DNA from: Candidatus Poribacteria bacterium
GTDB taxonomy: Bacteria; Poribacteria; WGA-4E; WGA-3G
NCBI GenBank assembly: GCA_028820845.1
Contig: JAPPII010000010.1
Span: 15,537 to 79,536 of the forward strand
Length of the DNA: 64,000 bases
Direction of reading: 5' to 3'
The notes under the pieces were generated by a model, which worked only from the letters and a program-made list of their open reading frames with translations, ran no database searches and was not told the origin of the DNA. Each line of letters begins with the position of its first letter. Position 1 is the first letter of the stretch. Below, piece by piece: positions 57,163 through 64,000 of this stretch. Position numbers and translations under genes: made by a program.

Positions 57163-58722
57163 TTATACCTCTGAACGGATAAAAATCAGGAATGCCCCTA
57201 AAAGAAATACGCCGAGCAGTCCGACGAGCAACAGTATATCCAGTATTGCTGCGTTGAAGGTATCGCTAAAAGTGATTTTATCCTCGAAGTTTGGAAGTGC
57301 CTGCGGTGAAATCGGCTTGTTGGACATTCCCTCCGGGATTCCGATGATATGGGGGCTTTCTGTATCGGCACGATCGGTTTCAATGATGAAGTCTCGGAAC
57401 TGTCTGATATGAAGGTGCACACTGTCAAGAAATTGCAGGTGGCGGTTCAACCCCGTACCAGTCATAGATTCAAGGGCGTATTGGACGATGGCTGCTGGCG
57501 AGAAACGTGTCACCGCCCTGGCGCGCTGGACTTGCGCGAGTTGTGCCCTTAAATGCTCGCGGTTTAGCCGCTCCCGGATTTCGACATCTTTGTTGACAAA
57601 CTCAGCCTTGATACGCAATTCTTCCTCATCTGCATCTGCCTTTTCGGCTTCGGCTTTCGCCATCGCCGCCATAAGTTCTGCTTGTTTCTCCTTTGCCAAT
57701 TTTTCCGCTTCTTTCGGCGAGGTTTTCGCAAGGTCCATGAGTTGACTGAGAAGACCTCCGGTTTGTGATTGCGCTTTGTCCATCATTTGCTGGTCGAAAT
57801 CATCGTTAATCTGCTCAAGCGCGCGCCTTTTTGCGGTTTCCCTTTGATGAGCGGTTTGGACGGGAGACATCCATTTTGTGGAGAGCGTGCCGAGAGTGGA
57901 AGGCATAAAGACGACGAGTGCCACCCAGATAATCAACAGCACGACGAGACTCACCCGGGTGTCTCGCGTGCCAGCGGAGACCATCAACCCGATTGCGATG
58001 AAGATACTGGCGTAACCTAAGGCGATCAGCATAATCATCCCCAAACGTCCCCAGTCTGCCGCCCCGAGCTGCGTCCAACTATCTGTGGAAATTACCGCCA
58101 GATTCAACAGTACTGCAAAACAGAACGGAATGAGAACGGCTATCAGGGTACCTAAGAACTTTCCGACTAAGAGTGCGGGACGCGAAATCGGGTTGGCGAG
58201 GCATAATCGGAGCGTTCCGCTTTCTCTTTCGCCAGAGAGGGCATCGAAGGTAAACAAGAGGGGAATGAAAGAGAGTAGATAGGTAATGATAAATACGTAG
58301 TCTATCTTTGTCGCCTTGGGACGTAGGTCCCGCGCATTCGGATTGGCGGTGGGATAGTCCGCCGACCAGATGCTTTTGACTTGTATGCCTAATCCCGCAG
58401 TTCTACTCCAGGATCCCCAATTTTGCGTGCCGCGATTCGGCAAAAAGGCATCCGCGCTGTCTGCAATGAAAGTCAATGCGGATGGCTGTTTGTAAAGTGT
58501 CCCAGGCCCCTTTCTCAGGAGTTCATAGAGCTCCGTCCGCGACTGCAATGTGTCGCGGTCACGGGCGACGTTCTCAGAATAGCTCCGGACCTTGTCTGGC
58601 TGGCTCTGAAGGTGCACCACGGCATTGGTTATCATGAGTGCTGCCATGATGATGACAGTCAAGGCGAAGCGGAGGCTGTTGAGATGGTCAAAGAACTCTC
58701 TTTGAATGATATGTCTAATCAT
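57163..58722 (-). CDS. ABC-2-type permease-like polytopic protein (paralog 3 of 4)
   Basis: AAGGAG lies 8 nt before the ATG at 58722 (MIRHIIQREF). LSGERESGTLRLCLANPISR motif. Confidence 0.75.
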   Translation of the reverse strand: MIRHIIQREFFDHLNSLRFALTVIIMAALMITNAVVHLQSQPDKVRSYSENVARDRDTLQSRTELYELLRKGPGTLYKQPSALTFIADSADAFLPNRGTQNWGSWSRTAGLGIQVKSIWSADYPTANPNARDLRPKATKIDYVFIITYLLSFIPLLFTFDALSGERESGTLRLCLANPISRPALLVGKFLGTLIAVLIPFCFAVLLNLAVISTDSWTQLGAADWGRLGMIMLIALGYASIFIAIGLMVSAGTRDTRVSLVVLLIIWVALVVFMPSTLGTLSTKWMSPVQTAHQRETAKRRALEQINDDFDQQMMDKAQSQTGGLLSQLMDLAKTSPKEAEKLAKEKQAELMAAMAKAEAEKADADEEELRIKAEFVNKDVEIRERLNREHLRAQLAQVQRARAVTRFSPAAIVQYALESMTGTGLNRHLQFLDSVHLHIRQFRDFIIETDRADTESPHIIGIPEGMSNKPISPQALPNFEDKITFSDTFNAAILDILLLVGLLGVFLLGAFLIFIRSEV

Positions 58723-58735
58723 TGTGTTTTCTCCT

Positions 58736-60211
58736 TTAAACTTCAACTCTGATAAAAATCAGAAAGCTTACCATAAACAGCACCAGATTCATGAGGAAAA
58801 GAATTGATACATCTGGCAGGGCGCGTTGTGCGTTTTCGGAGACATCCGCCCGCGCGAAGCGAAACTGCGGCAAATCCCACCAATCTACTGCACCTTGGTC
58901 AGAAGCAAACCAGCGTCGACTCGCAAACGCGTCTTTATCGTGCAAATAGTCAATCAGTATCTGGCGGTATGCCTGGACTGCGCCGACGAAATCTAACATG
59001 CCATTCATATCCGTGCCTGCCCAGGCGGAAGTTGCAAAGGTATAGAGGCTTGCTGGGCTGAATTTCATCAACCGTTCATCCCATGTTGCTTGTCGAATGG
59101 TGGTTCGTGCCAAGCGTTGTTCGTTTATCAATCCTGCCTTTTCTGCTGCGCGGATGTGCGTTGTACCGATGAACGCTTGATAGTTTTGGAAATGCGGGAG
59201 ACTCGGTTCTGAATCGGCGTTCACTTTGATCATGTTAAACCCATATCTTCTGTCGGAAGAAGATGATGATCCTGAATAACCGATATTAAACCGAGGCGGT
59301 TCCCCCTCAAGCGGACTGTTGGCTAAGAACCGTTGTTCTTCCCGTTCGACTTCTTCCCAAATTTGATTAATCTGTTGATTCGCGGATTGTCTTTCTGCGC
59401 GCATATCGCCCACGGGATTAAGGGTAAATCGACTCCAGTTCGGATAAACAAGTACCAAAACGACCCATAGAAACATACAGAGCATCAGGGACGTAGCCGT
59501 GCGGCGGGTCATAGTGGAAATCAACAGTCCAATCAGATAAAAAACAGATAAGTAGACAATTGTAGTACCGACGATTCCACCAACCCTCAGAAAATCTGTT
59601 GCATCCAGCTGAATCGAACTGGCGAGGGAAAGCTGAAGCATCACTATCAGTAAGCTCATCAGCACAGGCAGCAGCAGACACACCATCGCGGCGAGATATT
59701 TGGCAAATAGAATCGTCCCTCGTCGGACCGGATGCGAGATAACCAGACGCAAGGTGCCGCTTTCCCAATCGCCTGCGATTGCATCGTAAGCGAAAAGCAG
59801 GGCGAGTAGACTTAGCACCACTTGAAAGATAGACACCAGATCGATCTGAGAAAAAAGATTTAGGTACGGGTTCTCCAAGTTTCGTGCGGAGACGCTTGAA
59901 ATCGTCGGTACCTCGCCGTGATAAATTTCAACGGTTGTCCCGAGACGCTTCTCTAATCCTGCACTCAAAAGGCTAAGCGGATTCGGGGGGCGTTCAACGA
60001 AAAGTTCTAACTGCGAATAGGTTTCTGCCTCTACCGCTTTCTCACGATGGACTTTCGCTTGTTGGCTGTAACTCGCGACTCGGTTTTCGTGAGCGTCAAT
60101 CAGCACAACGGTATTGGCGACAACGAGCAGGAGCGTAATCACAACGGCGGCTAAAAACCGCGCGCTCATCAAATGTCCCACGAGTTCTTGGCGTATTAGG
60201 GTGTGTAACAT
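58736..60211 (-). CDS. ABC-2-type permease-like polytopic protein (paralog 4 of 4)
   Basis: MLHTLIRQEL start. IAGDWESGTLRLVISHPVRR motif. Same topology as the other three. Confidence 0.75.
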   Translation of the reverse strand: MLHTLIRQELVGHLMSARFLAAVVITLLLVVANTVVLIDAHENRVASYSQQAKVHREKAVEAETYSQLELFVERPPNPLSLLSAGLEKRLGTTVEIYHGEVPTISSVSARNLENPYLNLFSQIDLVSIFQVVLSLLALLFAYDAIAGDWESGTLRLVISHPVRRGTILFAKYLAAMVCLLLPVLMSLLIVMLQLSLASSIQLDATDFLRVGGIVGTTIVYLSVFYLIGLLISTMTRRTATSLMLCMFLWVVLVLVYPNWSRFTLNPVGDMRAERQSANQQINQIWEEVEREEQRFLANSPLEGEPPRFNIGYSGSSSSSDRRYGFNMIKVNADSEPSLPHFQNYQAFIGTTHIRAAEKAGLINEQRLARTTIRQATWDERLMKFSPASLYTFATSAWAGTDMNGMLDFVGAVQAYRQILIDYLHDKDAFASRRWFASDQGAVDWWDLPQFRFARADVSENAQRALPDVSILFLMNLVLFMVSFLIFIRVEV

Positions 60212-60225
60212 AATCTAAACCTCGG

Positions 60226-60268
60226 TGTTGGTTATTGGTTTTCAGTTAACTGACAACCCTGAAAGGTC
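60226..60268. repeat. Word repeat with CAGTTAACTG palindrome
   Basis: ggttattggttttcagttaactgacaaccctgaaagg between the secreted-protein and permease genes. Confidence 0.6.
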
Positions 60269-60337
60269 TTTATTAATTAAAGATACAATCTAAGGGCAAA
60301 AAAGTTGCTTAATTTTTCAAAAAAGGCTATCAGGAGC

Positions 60338-62005
60338 TTACCGAACAGAGATTCGGGCTCGAAAAGCGTTGGTGCCTCCTTCCTGATTGACCCAACCGCC
60401 AGTGGCACGGAGTTGAAAGACCTGCCCCTTGTCAAATCGATAAGTGATTGTTCCGGTTTCACGGGGTTGGATTCCCCATGCCTGGGCGAGTGCGTTCTGA
60501 GGTGTTCCTTCTGTCTGAAGTGCATTGTCGCCAGGGAACAGATCGAACGAACCGACAAGGTCTGCCCTACCAACTTGAATGGCGATGGTGAGTGTGCCGC
60601 CGTTTTCAAAGGCGGTCGTATCAATTCTTATAACAGTGGCATCTTGAGGGGCAGTCGCATAACCAAAAGTGTCCAGTACTTCCACGGACGGTTGTATCCG
60701 GTCGAGGACAACCCCGCGACTGCTTGACAGTGGCATCGGGATGCTCTCACCGACTCCGGGGCGTTTTCCTGCCAACGCTTCTGAAAGGAACAGCCGATAC
60801 GCCTTCGCCTTATTGCGCAAGGGGAGCTCGTTAACAGGCTGCCTACCCATGAGTTCAAGTTCAGGTGAGATAATCAAAGAATCTATAGGTGAGAGTCTCT
60901 TCCAGCCCTGAACGATGATTTGTGTCAAAGGCGGTAGGTCGTCAATAGTGTTTGCATCTCGTAAGCGTTTCATGTCGGTATTGAGTACCCACGTGTTGAT
61001 AAAACTGTCGTTCAAGAGTTCGATATTTTTATCATCAGAGAGAGCAACTGCCCTCAGGCTCTTGCCGCTCCCTCCGCACGCTTCATCAGTCAGTGGACCA
61101 TTTGTTGAAACAATGTGAATCGGTTTCTGTTCTGCCCGTGCCATTTCTAAAGCTGCATCTACCGATACCCAGTTAATGTACTGTGATTTGTAAAAACGTC
61201 GTATTAAGATACGTTCGGCTTCTGATAGAGGTATTGCTTCAGAGAATTGGGTATCTTGAATTATAGTTTCTGTACCGGCACGAAGTTCGATTTGCGGGCA
61301 GAAGCCGGCATCCGTTGTAAAGATGCGCCTATCGTTATGGTATCGGTTGACATCGAAGTTGAGTGTGCCGTGAGGGACGTACATTTGAAAGAAGGCGACT
61401 TTCTCGTCTGGACGGTTGAGGACGAGATGTCCAGTAAACTGTGAAGGGGTGAACCAACCGTCCGCTAACCTGAACTCTGCATGAACGCGAAACACGATGT
61501 GGGCTATTTCGGCATTGTAGGCACGTAGACACGCCCATGCCCCGCGCGAATCTCCCGAATTGATGTGCATATCGAGATGTGGGTTCGGGTGAAGTTGCCT
61601 CAGCAACGCCAGTAAACCGTCTTGTTCGATTTCCCAGAGATCGCCAACAGAGACACCATTCCCACGTGATGTCGGATTTTCGCGGAGGAGGCTTTGCAAC
61701 CTTTGGAGGAACGTTTTCCCGCTCCCCTTTCGTAAGCCTACTTCCGTCGGAAGAAACGCCTGAAAGACCGCTGTCGGATACTGCTTTTCAGGCTCGGCGA
61801 CTCGTAGGTTCGCCAGTGCGTCCCACTCTACATGGAAATTGCTTCCGGTGTACGCAATCGGGGCGATAAAGCCTTTGACGACAACGTTAGCGTCGCTGTC
61901 AAGCGTGAGAGTGATTCTGTTGGCAGTGGGTGTGTCAGCTGCAAATCCCCAGTATGGCAGGAACAGAACAGAAATCAGAAGGTTCCCGATGCCTAATTTC
62001 TTCAT
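60338..62005 (-). CDS. Secreted protein sharing a ~105-aa C-terminal domain with the adjacent sigma/anti-sigma fusion
   Basis: GGAGG lies 7 nt before the ATG at 62005. Signal peptide MKKLGIGNLLISVLFLPYWGFA. The C-terminus ATVIRIDTTAFENGGTLTIAIQVG...GTITYRFDKGQVFQL...GGTNAFRARISVR aligns with the C-terminus of 62050-63381. Confidence 0.7.
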   Translation of the reverse strand: MKKLGIGNLLISVLFLPYWGFAADTPTANRITLTLDSDANVVVKGFIAPIAYTGSNFHVEWDALANLRVAEPEKQYPTAVFQAFLPTEVGLRKGSGKTFLQRLQSLLRENPTSRGNGVSVGDLWEIEQDGLLALLRQLHPNPHLDMHINSGDSRGAWACLRAYNAEIAHIVFRVHAEFRLADGWFTPSQFTGHLVLNRPDEKVAFFQMYVPHGTLNFDVNRYHNDRRIFTTDAGFCPQIELRAGTETIIQDTQFSEAIPLSEAERILIRRFYKSQYINWVSVDAALEMARAEQKPIHIVSTNGPLTDEACGGSGKSLRAVALSDDKNIELLNDSFINTWVLNTDMKRLRDANTIDDLPPLTQIIVQGWKRLSPIDSLIISPELELMGRQPVNELPLRNKAKAYRLFLSEALAGKRPGVGESIPMPLSSSRGVVLDRIQPSVEVLDTFGYATAPQDATVIRIDTTAFENGGTLTIAIQVGRADLVGSFDLFPGDNALQTEGTPQNALAQAWGIQPRETGTITYRFDKGQVFQLRATGGWVNQEGGTNAFRARISVR

Positions 62006-62049
62006 TTTCAAACCTCCAAACAAAGTTGAAAGAATAAGTAAAAATAGGA

Positions 62050-63381
62050 TTACCGAATGGAAATTTGTGCGTAAAAGGCGTTGGTACTTCCTTTTTCGCT
62101 CTGCCAATCGCTTGCAGCTCCCAATCGAAAGGCTTGCCCCTTGTCAAATTGATAGGTGATTGTTCCTGTACCACCGGGTGGGATTCCCCACTGATGTGCA
62201 AGCGCATCGCTTGATCTACGTATGCCTCCCCTTGGAAGTTTGCTGTCGCCATCAAATAGGTCGAATGAACCCGCTGCTTCGCCGCTACCGACGCGAATGT
62301 CAATCGTTAACATCCCGCCGTCTTCAAACGCTGTGGCATCAATGTGGACAACGGTATAGTCCAGATGCCCGCTTTCCGGCATCCGAAAAAAGTCCAATAC
62401 CTCCATCTGCGTCTGCTGTGTTTCTTCTGTTAGCACTTCCGGGTCTTTTGCTTCGAGAGCTGCCATTCGGTGGGTATCTGCCCCTGGACTGGATCCGGTG
62501 TTTCTTCCCGGTGTATCTGTGCGACCGAGTTGGGTTTTCACGGCGGGTTTAACCTGCCTCATAGGTGCCGCAGGTGCCTCTACGATGTCAATTCTCATCT
62601 CCGAAGTCGCGTCTAAACTGTAGGGGTGCTGGAAATAGGTTATATATTCATTGCCCATTCCGAGGATCAGCAGTGCCACGATAGCAGTTGAAGCGGTTAC
62701 TGCCCAAGGGAGCTGGGGCGTGTTTCCTTTCGGTGGTGCAGGTTTGATGCCGCCTCCTTTGTCTTTCACGGCTTGTATGATGTTCTCAGTCAAATTTGGA
62801 GAGATCTGGAAGGTGCTGAGTGCCTCTTGAATCAAGGGTTCTTCCTTCTTCAAACGTTGACGGGCGCGACTGAGCCGACTCTTAATCGTATTGGCGGATA
62901 CCCCCAGAAACTTGCTAATTTCTTCACACGTCATCTCTCCGAAGTAGTAAAGTGTTATGATGGTGCGATCGCTCTCTTGTAATTTGGCAAGCAATTTTTT
63001 GACGACTTCTCGCTGTGCTTCAGTTACTGTTTTTGCTTGCTCATCTGCCACATGTTGGGAATAGGTGTCTTTTCCTTTTCTCATAAGGTCAATATCCTCC
63101 ACGAGTTGGGCATGCAGCCGTTTCTTCCGGAGCCGCGCAATGCAGCACCGGGTCACAATCACATATAGCCATCCCGGAAATCGCTCCAGTTCTTTCAGGG
63201 TTGCCAGATTTTGATGGACTTTCAGAAAGGTCTCTTGCGTAATATCTTCAGCGATATGGAAGTCCCCAATTTTGCGCCACGCGAGGGCGTGGACGTGTTT
63301 CTGGTGTTTTTTCACGAGCGTGGTGAAAGCGGTTTCATCGCCATCAAGTGTGCGGCGAATTAATTCAGCGTCATTTTGCAT
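62050..63381 (-). CDS. ECF sigma factor fused to a single-pass transmembrane anti-sigma-like module and an extracytoplasmic C-terminal domain
   Basis: Sigma regions 2 and 4 (DETAFTTLVKKHQKHVHALAWRKIGDFHIAEDITQETF; LQESDRTIITLYYFGEMTCEEISKFLGVSANTIKSRLSRARQRL), a TM helix (LPWAVTASTAIVALLILGMG), then ~200 further residues. Confidence 0.8.
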   Translation of the reverse strand: MQNDAELIRRTLDGDETAFTTLVKKHQKHVHALAWRKIGDFHIAEDITQETFLKVHQNLATLKELERFPGWLYVIVTRCCIARLRKKRLHAQLVEDIDLMRKGKDTYSQHVADEQAKTVTEAQREVVKKLLAKLQESDRTIITLYYFGEMTCEEISKFLGVSANTIKSRLSRARQRLKKEEPLIQEALSTFQISPNLTENIIQAVKDKGGGIKPAPPKGNTPQLPWAVTASTAIVALLILGMGNEYITYFQHPYSLDATSEMRIDIVEAPAAPMRQVKPAVKTQLGRTDTPGRNTGSSPGADTHRMAALEAKDPEVLTEETQQTQMEVLDFFRMPESGHLDYTVVHIDATAFEDGGMLTIDIRVGSGEAAGSFDLFDGDSKLPRGGIRRSSDALAHQWGIPPGGTGTITYQFDKGQAFRLGAASDWQSEKGSTNAFYAQISIR

Positions 63382-63537
63382 CGGATACCTCCAAGAAGGG
63401 ATTTTTCGTATGGGGCGTAGGAGTTACGCGTTCATCAAGCGTTCCTGATAAGCTCTCCAGTTAACTATAACTGCTTCGATCCTATTCGTCAATTGAGGAA
63501 GCAAAGAGGTGGCGTTAATCCCGAATTGCCCATTAAT

Positions 63538-63564
63538 GACGCGCGTTGAGGAAAAATGGTTGCA
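63538..63564 (-). promoter_or_regulatory. ECF-type promoter candidate TGCAAC-N17-CGTC upstream of the sigma/anti-sigma fusion gene
   Basis: Minus strand reads tatgcaaccatttttcctcaacgcgcgtcatt, about 150 nt upstream of the ATG at 63381. Confidence 0.55.
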
Positions 63565-63574
63565 TAATTATATA

Positions 63575-63605
63575 AAAAAGAAGATTCGGAGAAAATCTTC
63601 TTTTT
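63575..63605. terminator. AT-rich bidirectional hairpin with flanking T/A runs (weak intrinsic terminator candidate for the PD40-like gene)
   Basis: aaaaagaagatt-cggagaa-aatcttcttttt, followed by T-runs on both strands. Confidence 0.4.
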
Positions 63606-63731
63606 TCTTTTTGCCTCTAAAATTGGGTGTGCCGTGCAACATCAAATATCCAACCTGAAAAATTTCAGGAATGCCACGGTCGTCAACACGATTCCAGAAA
63701 AGCAGAGCAGTAACACATCAACCACTTTTCG

Positions 63732-64000
63732 TCAATCTCTGGTTTTTATCTTCCCCCAGACTGTTGTTAACAGCTGGGGTTGTGGCGAGACTGGCAAGGC
63801 AAACGCCGGATCGAACCAATCCGCACCTACATTATCACCACGATCTGTGAGTTTTTCTGGAATTCCATCAGCCAAGGCGATTTTGAAGAGGTGGACGGTT
63901 TCACGGATCTGTTTTTCATAAATAAGTTCATCTCCCTGCGGTGCCCAGATGGGGTGGGATGTTGCGCCATCCTCTGCATCAGCAATCTGCCTCAGTTCGC
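63732..64000 (-). CDS. PD40/WD40-like beta-propeller protein, C-terminal fragment (gene starts beyond window end)
   Basis: The minus frame is open from 63998 to the TGA at 63732-63734: ...HPIWAPQGDELIYEK...DWFDPAFALPVSPQPQLLTTVWGKIKTRD. Not in the ORF track because no start codon lies in the window. Confidence 0.6.
   Translation of the reverse strand, partial: ELRQIADAEDGATSHPIWAPQGDELIYEKQIRETVHLFKIALADGIPEKLTDRGDNVGADWFDPAFALPVSPQPQLLTTVWGKIKTRD

Noticed and set aside
62006-62107. 58-bp overlap between the 589-aa ORF and the sigma fusion gene
   Set aside because: The internal ATG at 62005 has a GGAGG at ideal spacing and starts a typical signal peptide, so the upstream 34 codons are probably not translated.
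63634-63921. 95-aa plus-strand ORF
   Set aside because: It is antisense to a minus-strand open frame with a convincing PD40-type C-terminus (…DWFDPAFALPVSPQPQLLTTVWGKIK) that runs off the window.

Overview
This 64-kb window comes from an uncultivated bacterium that uses the standard genetic code: TGA, TAG and TAA each terminate well-supported genes. I support 47 protein-coding genes, two of them partial at the window edges. I saw no rRNA, tRNA or CRISPR array by eye.

Left and middle (1-43.4 kb):
- gyrA 3' end and TPR proteins.
- Secreted hydrolases: an HExxH metalloprotease, a 2090-aa C25/gingipain-like protease and an S1 protease. The C25 and S1 proteases both end in T9SS-type C-terminal sorting domains, and a PorV/PorQ-like barrel gene sits next to the C25 gene.
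- A staphylococcal-nuclease-like gene split by a single in-frame TGA at a Cys-type position of a His/Cys motif.
- Small accessory nucleases (Rpn-like, ParB-like, Uma2) interleaved with peptidoglycan-recycling genes (anmK, DUF1343/NamZ-like, a beta-lactamase-fold hydrolase).
- pgi, and a sigma-54 two-component pair followed by an atypical pseudopilin and a prepilin peptidase.
- An FGE-domain protein.
- A Rieske/cytochrome b pair with an orphan DNA methyltransferase packed directly behind it.

Right third (about 43.7-63.6 kb), the best candidate for an undescribed system:
- Two paralogous ECF sigma genes each head an operon containing a tandem pair of ~500-aa ABC-2-like permeases. The two operon sets converge.
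- One sigma is fused to a catalytically degenerate M61-like peptidase plus PDZ domain with no transmembrane segment. The other is fused to a transmembrane anti-sigma-like module.
- The second sigma's ~105-aa C-terminal domain recurs at the C-terminus of the next, secreted, protein.
- The four permeases share a single ABC ATPase. That ATPase lies in an operon with a lipoprotein, a doubly anchored 787-aa repeat protein and a TolC-like factor.
- Two near-identical TGCAAC-N17/18-CGTC ECF-type promoters link the fused sigma to that exporter operon.

The window is also rich in short word-like repeat families (CAGYNR runs, a GAACCGC heptamer, GGAWGG runs, and REP-like palindromes). They sit just after stop codons and in several cases have been absorbed in frame into coding sequences.

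All domain calls come from motif recognition by eye. No database search was run.
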